Assembly: GCA_046757525.1 (NCBI GenBank)
Contig: JBHHYI010000092.1
Coordinates: 1-16,999, forward strand
DNA: 16,999 nt
Direction: 5' to 3'
DNA from: a bacterium
Lineage (GTDB): Bacteria > Zhuqueibacterota > Zhuqueibacteria > Oceanimicrobiales > Oceanimicrobiaceae
Part shown: in pieces, positions 7,647 through 16,531 of the stretch
Layout of the letters: every line of letters begins with the position of its first letter
Numbering within the stretch: the first letter of the stretch is position 1
Position numbers and translations under genes: made by a program
Notes under the pieces: generated by a model
The model's input: the letters and a program-made list of their open reading frames with translations, nothing else
Told to the model about the DNA's origin: nothing
Databases searched by the model: none

Positions 7647-7744
7647 AATTTAAAATATAAAGTTTGGAAATGCAAGCAAAAGGTCGGCACCAGGGTGTTG
7701 GCATCCAAAAAAATGTTGGATTTCTGAAATAATTGCTTTATATT
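7647..7744. promoter_or_regulatory. divergent promoters with a palindromic operator candidate
   Basis: Minus TTGCAT(7675-7670)-17nt-TAAATT(7652-7647). Plus TTGGAT(7716-7721)-17nt-TATATT(7739-7744). ATCCAA-N7-TTGGAT at 7703-7721. Confidence 0.5.
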
Positions 7745-7794
7745 TTGAATTCTGAATTTTAAGCTTTCTTGCACCAACTGATGAGGAGAAAACC

Positions 7795-9051
7795 ATTCGC
7801 ATTGAAAAAGCCTGGATAGACGCACGTCACCCTTTTGCCAACCAGTGCTTATGGGGCTTGACATTGTTAGAAAGAAATGTGAGAGAATTGCACAAATTGG
7901 GCATTCGCGAAGTGCTGATCGCCCGGCGGCCAGGGGACGACCCGTTGCAACATTTCTGTCACCCGTTGCCGCCAAGCGTAAAGCTCACCCTGGTCGATGC
8001 CGACGCAACAGATGCATTCGAAAGTTTAAGAGCTGAACTGACAACCGATGAGTTCCTGCTGGCACTGGAAGGGCATGCCCTCAACGACCGTCGCGTCCTC
8101 AAGAATCTGCTGCAGTGCAATGTTTCCTGTGCCATTCTTTCGCCCACCGGAAGCCAGCCGGGCGCGGCTGCCATCCTTGCGGCATGCGACTCTCCCCTGT
8201 TTGACAGCCCTTGCTGTGAAACCCTGACCGGACTATTGGACGCAGCGATTCGCGATGCCAGAATTAACACCCTGGATCTCGCCAGCTTTCAAAGACACGT
8301 GATCAATCTCAGAAGAAAGATCGAGCCGTTTCTGTTGCGGGTGGAACACTCGGCGCAATTAAAAGAAGCGGACCGGGTCCTCAGGCAAACCGTGCATAAG
8401 GGTGTGTTAGAATTTGTAGGCAAGTACATCCATCCCCCATTGGAGTTTGGGGCCACACGCCTCTTAGCCAAAACCTCAGTCACGCCCAACCAAATCACCG
8501 CACTTTGGCTGTCGTTGGCTGCCATCACCATCGGCTTGTTTGCCACCGGGCACCTTCTGGCGGGCATCATCCTGGCAGCCCTCTGCGGAGTTCTGGACGG
8601 CATCGACGGCAAGTTGGCCCGCCTGACTCTTCAATTCAGTAAAGCGGGCGACGTCCTGGACCACGTTGGTGGTACAGTGTTCGACGCCTGCTGGTACCTG
8701 GCCCTGGGTTGGTATTTCACTGGCGGACAGTTAAATTCAACTGCTGGAATATTTACCGCCATTCTTTTGATTTCTTATATAGTAGAACGCATCATTCCTG
8801 GTATTTTCAAGAAAATCCACCGGGCCGAGATTTACGACTACGCCGAGATCGACAAGTTGGGTCGGTTAGTTGGAAGTCGCATGAACAACAACGTCTGGTT
8901 TCTAATGAGTGGAATAATCCTTGGATTTGCCCGAGAAGCATTTTATGGCATAAGCCTCTGGATGTTGGCCACCGCGTGCTGGCACCTGGTTCGTTTTTTC
9001 TGGGTCACCTGGAGAACAAAGGCGAGAAAGCCTGCATTAAATCGAGTATGA
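7795..9051 (+). CDS. CDP-alcohol phosphatidyltransferase family protein with N-terminal nucleotidyltransferase-like domain (probable ATT start at 7795; first canonical start is TTG 7858)
   Basis: VTPNQIT and DGIDGKLAR...SKAGDVLD motif. N-terminal WGLTLLERNVRELHKLGIREVLI resembles the start of an NTP-transferase fold. SD GAGGAG at 7783-7788. Confidence 0.88.
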   Translation: MRIEKAWIDARHPFANQCLWGLTLLERNVRELHKLGIREVLIARRPGDDPLQHFCHPLPPSVKLTLVDADATDAFESLRAELTTDEFLLALEGHALNDRRVLKNLLQCNVSCAILSPTGSQPGAAAILAACDSPLFDSPCCETLTGLLDAAIRDARINTLDLASFQRHVINLRRKIEPFLLRVEHSAQLKEADRVLRQTVHKGVLEFVGKYIHPPLEFGATRLLAKTSVTPNQITALWLSLAAITIGLFATGHLLAGIILAALCGVLDGIDGKLARLTLQFSKAGDVLDHVGGTVFDACWYLALGWYFTGGQLNSTAGIFTAILLISYIVERIIPGIFKKIHRAEIYDYAEIDKLGRLVGSRMNNNVWFLMSGIILGFAREAFYGISLWMLATACWHLVRFFWVTWRTKARKPALNRV

Positions 9052-10619
9052 ACATTATCCCCAAAACCTCGAGTGACGACCAGCCTCCTGACCTCTTCAA
9101 CCAAAAGGACGCCAAGGATCTGGCACGTGGAGCCCTGGTAAACTTCCTGGGCATGTTCGCCAAGATCAGCAAACTTGTGTTTGTGATCGTTGCTACGCGG
9201 TTTTACGGCGCCAATGCCATCGGCCTGTATTTTCTGGCCTGGAGCGCCATCGACATCGCCTCGAAGCTGGGGCTCATGGGCATGGACCGCAGCCTAATTC
9301 GAGACATCGCGCGGTACCGCTCGCCCGAATCGATTCAACAGAAAGCCAAAATCTTTCGCATCTTACGGTTCAACATCACCGTCGCATTTTGCCTGAGTCT
9401 GGTGGTTGCCGGGCTTGTTGTTTTGTTGAGTCCGGTAATCGCTAAGTTTGCGTTCAAAGACCCAAACCTGACCAACACGTTGAGAATCCTGGCCATCGCT
9501 CTGCCGTTTATCGTCTTGACCACGGTCTTCATTTCCACGACCAAGGCGCTGCGATTGATGCGCTACGAAGTCCTGATCAGGCAAAGCCTGGAACCGCTGG
9601 TTCTACTGGTGGTCACCCTCTCCTTAATTCCTCTGAAGTTAGGCGCTACCGGTTTGGTCATTGCCCACCTGGTGGCAAGCATAGCAGCGACCGTTACAGC
9701 GGCTTTCGTGTTCTACCGCAAATTCCGATATTTAGGGTGGCACCCCGGCCCGCTGCGCAAGGAAAACAAACTGGAAACGCTGCGTTACGCTTCACCTATC
9801 GCGATCATGGATTTTTTGAACCTGCTGGTGGCCCGCATGGATATTTTCCTGGTTGGTGCGCTACTGAATGTAACCTCCGCCGGCTACTATGGCGTAGCCG
9901 TTGAAATCATTTCCATCATTAAGCGAGTTCGCCAGGGCTTTGAACCCATATTTGCTCCCATCGTTTCGGAACTGTATTACAACGAACAAAAAGAGCGGCT
10001 ACAGAGAAACTACGTTTTGGTGACACGCTGGCTTATCGCCGGCTCCCTGCTACCCGTGTTGGCCATGATTCTTTATCCGGACCAACTGCTCAGATTGTTC
10101 GGAATCCAGTCCCCACAGGCTTCCTTGGCACTCATGTTGTTGGCGCTTGCACATGGCCTGTTCGGTGCCTTTAGCGCCTCAGAAAACCTGTTGATCATGA
10201 CCGGCAAATCCTTGCTCAATACCAAGCTGGCCTTTGTGATGCTACTGGTCAATTCTGCAGTTTCGGTGTGGCTCATTCCCCTCATTGGCTTGCCGGGCGC
10301 TTCCCTGGGAACTCTTGCTGCCTTCGCAGCAGTCAGTTTCGGCCGGATTTTTCATGGGTACAGGCAGCTTCACCTGCACCCATTTAACTACGCACTCCTT
10401 TGGCCTCTGTTCACCGCGGGCATGACCACCGTCATTTTTGTTTTTCTGAAAACCTGGCTCGACCTACAATCGGTGCCAGAGACAATCGTTGCAATTGTCA
10501 TGTTGGCTTTCTGCTACACCGCCATTTATTTCCTCGGCGCCAGGGAACCCGAAGAGAAACATCTCCTCATGAAGCTCAAAAACAAGCTTAAACCGAAACC
10601 TGCCATCATCAATATCTGA
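9048..10619 (+). CDS. Wzx/MOP-family oligosaccharide flippase
   Basis: Many TM segments, ATRFYGANAIGLY, LGLMGMDRSLIR, RMDIFLVG...AGYY, LIPLIGLPGAS. ATG 9048 overlaps the upstream stop (ATGA). Confidence 0.92.
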   Translation: MNIIPKTSSDDQPPDLFNQKDAKDLARGALVNFLGMFAKISKLVFVIVATRFYGANAIGLYFLAWSAIDIASKLGLMGMDRSLIRDIARYRSPESIQQKAKIFRILRFNITVAFCLSLVVAGLVVLLSPVIAKFAFKDPNLTNTLRILAIALPFIVLTTVFISTTKALRLMRYEVLIRQSLEPLVLLVVTLSLIPLKLGATGLVIAHLVASIAATVTAAFVFYRKFRYLGWHPGPLRKENKLETLRYASPIAIMDFLNLLVARMDIFLVGALLNVTSAGYYGVAVEIISIIKRVRQGFEPIFAPIVSELYYNEQKERLQRNYVLVTRWLIAGSLLPVLAMILYPDQLLRLFGIQSPQASLALMLLALAHGLFGAFSASENLLIMTGKSLLNTKLAFVMLLVNSAVSVWLIPLIGLPGASLGTLAAFAAVSFGRIFHGYRQLHLHPFNYALLWPLFTAGMTTVIFVFLKTWLDLQSVPETIVAIVMLAFCYTAIYFLGAREPEEKHLLMKLKNKLKPKPAIINI

Positions 10620-10681
10620 ACCTAAAATTCCACAATAATTTGTGCAATCGCCTGAAATATTCTTGTCTTGCAACTGTTATA

Positions 10682-10710
10682 TTTACTATAAAATGCTTTT
10701 TGTGTATAAT
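10682..10710 (+). promoter_or_regulatory. possible sigma70 promoter for the MMPL-TPR genes
   Basis: TTTACT(10682-10687)-17nt-TATAAT(10705-10710) in an AT-rich intergenic region. Confidence 0.45.
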
Positions 10711-10829
10711 TATCTTAACAAAGAAACTAATTTACCAATCGCTTCGTTAGTTTGGTTAGTTCTGGTCATAACTTATTCAAAACTAAACGGATTTGTCATC
10801 ATCTGTAGATCAAAATTGGAAGGGTAACA

Positions 10830-13262
10830 ATGTACAAGTTTATGTCCACATGTTTGGAGAACATAAGTTTTCTTCATCGGTATTATATTCCTATTTTGAT
10901 AATTGCACTGCTCGCTACCATAGCAGGCGGCTATTACGCTTCCAAGCTGTCCCTGGAAAGCGACCTGGCCGAGCTGCTACCCGATAGTTTTGAAAGCGTC
11001 AAAGCTTTGCACCGAATCAAGGATGAAGTTGGCGGTGTGGGCCACCTCAGAGTCATCCTTGAAACGAAGGATTTTGAGGCGGCAAAATCTTTTGCCAACG
11101 ATTTGGCACCCACGCTGCTGGCAAGTTCCTATGTGCACTACTTAGACTACAAAAACGATGCAGCCTTTTACAACAAGAATGCCCTACTTTACCTGGACGT
11201 CGCGGAATTGGATTCTTTGCACCAGGCTATTGAAAACAAAATTGAGACGGAAAAGCAGAAACTCAATCCTCTCTATGTTGAAGACCTTTTTGCTGATGAA
11301 ACCGACGGGACCCAGGGCGATGATTTGGCCAAATGGGAGGGAAAGTACCAGGGCAAAGAACAAAGGGAGTACTACACCAATGCCGACAGCTCTGTTCTCG
11401 TTATGAAAGTTTTTCCGACCGGCACCAACACCAGCATCAGCTACGTCCAAAAAATGTTTGACGAGGTCAAGGGAATCGTCGACTCGGCCAACCCCAAGCA
11501 ATATGCCCAGGATATGACGGTCCTGTACGGTGGCAGTTTCAGGAACCGACTGGATGAGTATGAAGTGGTGAAAAAGGATATTCTGGGAACAGCTTACTAC
11601 GGTTTTGGGGGCGTCTTTTTGTTGATCATCATCTATTTTCGCCGTCTGGTCGGGGCTATTTTGATAACGCTGACCCTTATCTTTTCATTAGCCTGGACAT
11701 TTGGCGTAACCTACTGGGTGATCGGAAGCTTGAACACCATTACGGGTTTTTTGTTCGTCATTCTGTTCGGCTTAGGCATCGACTACGGCATTCATGCATT
11801 TGCGCGCTACGCCGAAAGCCGACGCGCTGGATTGAACTTCGAGGACTCCATCGGCAAACTGTTCTGCTTTACGGGTAAAGCCCTGGTAACCACGGCCATC
11901 ACCACGGCCGCCGCCTTCTTTTCCCTGACACTCATGGATTTCAAGGGCTTCTCAGATTTGGGTTTCATATCAGGCGTTGGGATTCTATTTGCTCTCATCG
12001 CCATGGTGTTCGTGCTGCCGGCGTTCATTACTCTGGCTGAAAAGTTGAAGCTGTTAAAAATTAAACCTTCACCCGGCAAAAGCATGCATTTAGAGCGTAA
12101 AGAATTCCCCTTTACAAAACCCCTTTTGTTCGTTTCCGGCGCGTTGACCTTGTTAGCCATTTATTTTTTCACGCAGGTGGATTTTGAATATGATTTCACC
12201 AATCTGCGGGCCATAACAGCACAGAGAAAACTGGTCAATGAAAAAACCAAGGGCGTGTTTAAGCTTTCCGAGTCGCCAGCGGTCATCCTGGCCGATTCCA
12301 AAGAAGAATCGCAAGAGGTCATGGCCGCGGTGCGAAAAATCATTAAAGAGGACACGGTCTCTCCCACCGTGGAAACCGTCCGTTCCGTCTATAGCCTCGT
12401 GCCCGATCATCAACCGGAGAAATTAGAGAAGATTCGTGAAATCAGGAAGCTGGTCAAAGATGAAGCTGAGGGCGTGGTCACGGGCCAGGACAAGGAACGG
12501 CTGGACAGGTTGACCCAGTATCTGCAAGTAGACAAGCCATTTACCATGCAAGAAGTGCCTCAAAAACTCAAACGCCAATTTGTGAACAAAAAAGGACAGT
12601 TGGGCAACTTCGTGTTCATTTACCCCAGCGTGGCCCTGCGAGATGGCAGGAAGGCTATTGAGTTTCGTCATGATATCGGAAAAATCACCACGGCTTCTGG
12701 CAAGACCTACTACGCCTCCAGTTCCAATATTATCTTAGCAGAAATGCTCCTGATCATGATCCGAGAAGGCAGGTTAGCGGTGGCTTTGACCTTTGTCGTA
12801 GTGTTCCTCATCGTATTTTTCGATTTCCTCAGCATAAAGTCAACACTGATGGTTCTCACGCCGTTAATCGTGGGAGTCATTTGGATGGGCGGCATGATGT
12901 ACTTGTTGGGCATGAAATTGAACTTCTTCAACATCGTCGTTTTTCCCAGTGTCATCGGCATTGGTGTTGATAATGGTGTGCATATTTACCACCGTTACCT
13001 GGAAGAAGGGCGCCGCTCCCTTGTGTACGTGCTGAAGAATACCGGAGTGGCCATCGCCATGACCACCTTGACAACGATCGTGGGCTATTCAGGCTTGATC
13101 CTGGCGCACCACCCGGGGCTCAATTCTATCGGGGATCTGGCGGTCATTGGCATCGGCGCCACTTTCTTGACCGCAATCGTTGCTTTGCCCGCGCTCTTGC
13201 AGTTCATAGAAAACAAACAAAAGAAAGCGGAACCGCAAACCGTCTTGGAGTCAGCCTATTAG
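10830..13262 (+). CDS. MMPL/RND-family transporter (HpnN-like lipid exporter)
   Basis: Two 1+5 TM repeats with large extracytoplasmic loops. Conserved GLGIDYGIH and GIGVDNGVH motifs. Confidence 0.93.
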   Translation: MYKFMSTCLENISFLHRYYIPILIIALLATIAGGYYASKLSLESDLAELLPDSFESVKALHRIKDEVGGVGHLRVILETKDFEAAKSFANDLAPTLLASSYVHYLDYKNDAAFYNKNALLYLDVAELDSLHQAIENKIETEKQKLNPLYVEDLFADETDGTQGDDLAKWEGKYQGKEQREYYTNADSSVLVMKVFPTGTNTSISYVQKMFDEVKGIVDSANPKQYAQDMTVLYGGSFRNRLDEYEVVKKDILGTAYYGFGGVFLLIIIYFRRLVGAILITLTLIFSLAWTFGVTYWVIGSLNTITGFLFVILFGLGIDYGIHAFARYAESRRAGLNFEDSIGKLFCFTGKALVTTAITTAAAFFSLTLMDFKGFSDLGFISGVGILFALIAMVFVLPAFITLAEKLKLLKIKPSPGKSMHLERKEFPFTKPLLFVSGALTLLAIYFFTQVDFEYDFTNLRAITAQRKLVNEKTKGVFKLSESPAVILADSKEESQEVMAAVRKIIKEDTVSPTVETVRSVYSLVPDHQPEKLEKIREIRKLVKDEAEGVVTGQDKERLDRLTQYLQVDKPFTMQEVPQKLKRQFVNKKGQLGNFVFIYPSVALRDGRKAIEFRHDIGKITTASGKTYYASSSNIILAEMLLIMIREGRLAVALTFVVVFLIVFFDFLSIKSTLMVLTPLIVGVIWMGGMMYLLGMKLNFFNIVVFPSVIGIGVDNGVHIYHRYLEEGRRSLVYVLKNTGVAIAMTTLTTIVGYSGLILAHHPGLNSIGDLAVIGIGATFLTAIVALPALLQFIENKQKKAEPQTVLESAY

Positions 13263-13340
13263 GGGGGACTAAAAGGACGCGTGGCCTCCGGAACAACAGT
13301 CCTGGCTGTGCGTAATCGAGGAAAACCAAGAGGAAGTTTC

Positions 13341-14561
13341 ATGACAAAACTAACCTTATCCCAAGAGTGTCGCCAAACACTCAAGTTGGTGGCATTTCTG
13401 CTCATTCTAATCGTGGTCGGAGGGTGCGCCGTGGGTTCCCCACTGCGGACGAAAGAACAGCGAACCACCGGTCTTTATGTCGCAGGAACCAATCTGTACA
13501 AAAAAGGCAAATACATTCAAGCCATATATCTGTTGAATCAAGCCATCGAGTTTAATCCTAATTTTGCAGAGGCTTACTTTGCACTGGGATTGGTTTACAT
13601 CAAGACCGAAGACTTCAACAAAGCCATTGAGTTGTTGACCAAGTCGAGCGGACTTAAAACCACATTGGAAGAACCCGGATACACGCAGGCGGATATTCAA
13701 TTTAATTTTGGCCTGGCCTATATCGGCTTGGAGCAGTATGACAAGGCAACCGAGTATTTAAAAAAGGCCGTGGAATATCACCCTGGCTATGCAAAGGCCT
13801 ACTATAATTTGGCCTATATCGCAGAAAAACGGGGCAACAAGGAAGCAGCCCACAAATACCTCAACGAAGCCATCGAGACGGATCCGGAGCAGCCCAAACC
13901 CTATCTGGCGCTTGGCGTTTTGTACAAGAAGGAGGGCAAGTGGGCGGAGGCGCAAAAGGAGTTTGAGAAAGCTCTTAAATTGGACAAAGACAACAAAGCC
14001 GCTTACAACGAGTTGGGAAAGCTGTTTAAGGACAAAGGCAATTTTGACACCGCTGCCCGTTACTTTCGCAGGGCTATCCAGATTGACGACCGGTATATCG
14101 ATGCCTACGAGAATCTCGCTTCCCTGTATGTGGACATGAAGGCCTACCAAAAAGCCAAAGAAGCTTTTGCAAAGGTCACCCAAATCGACTCCACTTTGCC
14201 AGAGAGCTACTTTAATCTTGCTCAGGTGGATTACTTGCTGGCAGACACCACCGGTGCTCTACAAAACTTCGAAAAAGTCCTCCGGTTCGAACCGAATCAT
14301 CAGATGGTCAATTTCCGGATCGGCCAAATCCTGGAACAACAAGGCCATTTAGAGGAAGCGATTGCCGCCTATCGGAAGGAGCTAACGGTCAACCCAAAAC
14401 ACATCGCCAGCCAGTTTAACCTGGCGGTGCTTTTGCACAGACTCGGTAGAATCAAAGAAGCCATGGTAGAGTACCAGAAATATGTGGAGATGGCCCCCAA
14501 AGGCGACGACCGGGCCAAAAAGGTTCAGGTGGTGCTGGACAAGTTAGCCAAAGTCAAATGA
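13341..14561 (+). CDS. tetratricopeptide repeat (lipo)protein
   Basis: Signal peptide with lipobox-like VGGC, about 10 TPR units (e.g. AEAYFALGLVY, AKAYYNLAYI, AAYNELGKLF). AGAGGA RBS before ATG 13341. Confidence 0.92.
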   Translation: MTKLTLSQECRQTLKLVAFLLILIVVGGCAVGSPLRTKEQRTTGLYVAGTNLYKKGKYIQAIYLLNQAIEFNPNFAEAYFALGLVYIKTEDFNKAIELLTKSSGLKTTLEEPGYTQADIQFNFGLAYIGLEQYDKATEYLKKAVEYHPGYAKAYYNLAYIAEKRGNKEAAHKYLNEAIETDPEQPKPYLALGVLYKKEGKWAEAQKEFEKALKLDKDNKAAYNELGKLFKDKGNFDTAARYFRRAIQIDDRYIDAYENLASLYVDMKAYQKAKEAFAKVTQIDSTLPESYFNLAQVDYLLADTTGALQNFEKVLRFEPNHQMVNFRIGQILEQQGHLEEAIAAYRKELTVNPKHIASQFNLAVLLHRLGRIKEAMVEYQKYVEMAPKGDDRAKKVQVVLDKLAKVK

Positions 14562-14725
14562 GCTCATGAATGGGGTGCGACCCTTTTCCACTGTTGCACC
14601 GTCTCAATACGCCGGTCACGTCACATATTGGATTGGATTCTCAGTCCCCGCTTTTGCTGGAATCCCCGCAGGCGAAAGGCGCAGTTATCGCACACACCGC
14701 AGGCTTTGGTCGCTCTTTATAATCA

Positions 14726-14759
14726 AACCTTGCGAAGGTTTTGACACCTTCGCAAGGTT
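14726..14759. repeat. REP-like 14-bp perfect inverted repeat
   Basis: AACCTTGCGAAGGT-TTTGAC-ACCTTCGCAAGGTT, no U-tract, between convergent genes. Confidence 0.75.
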
Positions 14760-14882
14760 AAAGGTGATCATTTCTGGGTTAACCATTCTGGCCGACTCCG
14801 AGATCTGCCAGCGTAGTTCATCCTCTCTTGATACTACTCGAGCCATGAGTTTGTCCTTGTTCACACCAGTAGTTGGTTGCGT

Positions 14883-15332
14883 CTAAATTCCCCACACATC
14901 TTCCATATCTTCAATGTCTGGGTCGTCATATCTCTGCATCGTTGCAACCCACTCAGGCATTTCCTGCTTTATCGTATCTTTCAATTCTTGGTAGTCGTCT
15001 TTGTCTGTCTTTCCGCTTTCCAGCATGAATGCATAAAACTTCTTCAAACTCGATGCATTGTTTTTGATTGCAGATGGATTAGCCCACATTGCCTTTTTGA
15101 TGAACCAATATCCCAGGAACATGCTTACAAAGTGAAGACCATTCTCTGGCTCTATGGCATCTTCATAAAGCAGAAAATGGTTGATGTAGAAATCAATATT
15201 GTTGACATGTTTATCTATTGTCTTTTTCTTAAGGCCTTGTTGTTCAAGAGCATCTGCAAACTGATCAAGAAGGTTGGCATTCTGCTCTCTAATTCGCTTA
15301 CAATCTTTTTCCCATTTTTCATATTCATCCAT
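14883..15332 (-). CDS. 149-aa helical protein resembling the integrase N-terminal SAM-like (core-binding) domain, no catalytic domain
   Basis: AGGAG RBS before ATG 15332. LLDQFADALEQQGLKKKTIDKH...AIKNNASSLKKFYAFM pattern. Confidence 0.8.
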   Translation of the reverse strand: MDEYEKWEKDCKRIREQNANLLDQFADALEQQGLKKKTIDKHVNNIDFYINHFLLYEDAIEPENGLHFVSMFLGYWFIKKAMWANPSAIKNNASSLKKFYAFMLESGKTDKDDYQELKDTIKQEMPEWVATMQRYDDPDIEDMEDVWGI

Positions 15333-15475
15333 TTCGTCTCCTGTACTGTTTAATGCACATATCGTTGACGCATAACCGACGAGGCCATTCAATGCACTTA
15401 ACCTTTATTTAAGAATAAACCTGCGACCATATCTCGAACTCTGAAATCACGCCCCTGCGAGCATTTCAAATTGTC

Positions 15476-15531
15476 GTACTCTGCCTCGCTCATGGCAAAT
15501 CCTGGATCGACGATTTTGACCTCCGGCCAGG
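15476..15531 (-). repeat. 56-bp direct repeat, copy 1 (encodes WPEVKIVDPGFAMSEAEY on the minus strand)
   Basis: 51/56 identical to 16686-16741, ungapped, offset 1210 nt. Confidence 0.95.
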
Positions 15532-15617
15532 GGGATCGCCAAAGTTTACTTCCCAGGTTTTTTGAATTACGTCACGATTTTTTTTGGTATTTCAAAAAAA
15601 ATCACTTATATTTTGGA

Positions 15618-15691
15618 AGCAGGACCGAACCCGTCCATGGAGGCGGTGGAGGCCCTGCTTCAAGCCCCGGCTGAAGTCGGGGCTTTTTTTT
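15618..15691 (+). ncRNA. candidate ~70-nt small RNA with its own promoter and terminator
   Basis: Promoter TTGGTA(15584-15589)-17nt-TATATT(15607-15612). GC-rich hairpin GAAGCAGG..CCGTC-CATGGA-GGCGG..CCTGCTTC, then a terminator. Confidence 0.6.
15662..15691 (+). terminator. intrinsic terminator
   Basis: AAGCCCCGGC-TGAA-GTCGGGGC followed by T8. Confidence 0.88.
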
Positions 15692-15940
15692 ATTACTATC
15701 GGATGATTCCTTCAGGATCCATATAGCTTAGTTCACGGAGGGTTTGTGCTGGACAAAGTTACTTTTAAAGCGTGGCCATTTATCCCCCAATATACTTATT
15801 CGACCAATCTAACTCATGCCGCAGTAGTATTGATCATCAACTGACTCGATGCACGCGGTCACTTCTTTTAGTCTCGTAAAAGACAAGGAGCTCTCCTCGA
15901 TAGAAGCATACTTGCCATCCCTGGTGCATTCCAAAAACCT

Positions 15941-16303
15941 TTATGTGCTTCTTTCGAAGTCTGATAGTATTCGTCGAATCTTTTCTGATGAAATATCGCC
16001 CTGCTCTGTTTTAGAATATATTGTAATCAGGATTATTTCTGATTTCGTCTTGATGTAATAAACCAACCGGTAACCGGCTCGTTTGCCTTTCTTTAAATCG
16101 GTATTTTTTATTCTTACTTTGTATACAGTATCACCCACACTTTTAACCTGATCTCCTGCAGTTTTACCTGACTCTAAATCCTCGATGACCGGCTTTACGT
16201 CAGATTTTATATGATGATATTTTTTGGAGAGATGCCTAATGTTTCGCTTAAATTCCGGTGTAAACTCAACCTGTATTCTATCTGAAGCATCCTCATTCGG
16301 CAT
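15941..16303 (-). CDS. type II toxin-antitoxin RelE/ParE-family toxin
   Basis: VEFTPEFKRNIRHLSKKY...VYKVRIKNTDLKKGKRAGYRLVYY...LITIYSKTEQGDI. Basic 120-aa protein overlapping the upstream gene by 11 nt. Confidence 0.9.
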   Translation of the reverse strand: MPNEDASDRIQVEFTPEFKRNIRHLSKKYHHIKSDVKPVIEDLESGKTAGDQVKSVGDTVYKVRIKNTDLKKGKRAGYRLVYYIKTKSEIILITIYSKTEQGDISSEKIRRILSDFERST

Positions 16304-16511
16304 CAATTCCCTCCCACAACTCAGATACTGGCCTGGTTTCGCCTCTTAATGCTTCTAACCAGCCCTGTTTAAAACTTCCTTCGGCTGATTTTAAAGTTAT
16401 ACTTTCTCGGAAAATACGTATTATTTGTAATAAATAGGGCAGGTGCTCGACAGGGGTTTTTTCAATTTCCTCCAAAACCTGGTCATGACAATTTGAAAAA
16501 TTTGTAGCCAT
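16293..16511 (-). CDS. cognate antitoxin (72 aa)
   Basis: Small acidic ORF upstream of and overlapping the toxin. C-terminal SFKQGWLEALRGETRPVSELWEGIDAE. GAGGA RBS. Confidence 0.85.
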   Translation of the reverse strand: MATNFSNCHDQVLEEIEKTPVEHLPYLLQIIRIFRESITLKSAEGSFKQGWLEALRGETRPVSELWEGIDAE

Positions 16512-16531
16512 TATATCCTCTTTTTATTTTA

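Noticed and set aside
7684..7693. TCGGCACCAG matches the 3' end of tRNA-Leu (possible att site)
   Set aside because: Only 10 bp, no integrase nearby, and the intervening genes look chromosomal.
8709..9047. 113-aa N-terminal extension of the flippase in the ORF track
   Set aside because: It overlaps the CDP-alcohol phosphotransferase. The ATGA-coupled start at 9048 is far more plausible.
14635..14670. Degenerate palindrome CCCCGCTTTTGCTGGAATC resembling another REP class
   Set aside because: Pairing is too imperfect to support.
14566..15353. Plus-strand ORFs 14566-14886 and 14877-15353, and other short antisense or overlapping ORFs in the track
   Set aside because: Shadow frames of well-supported genes, or spanning the palindrome, with no RBS or recognisable motifs.
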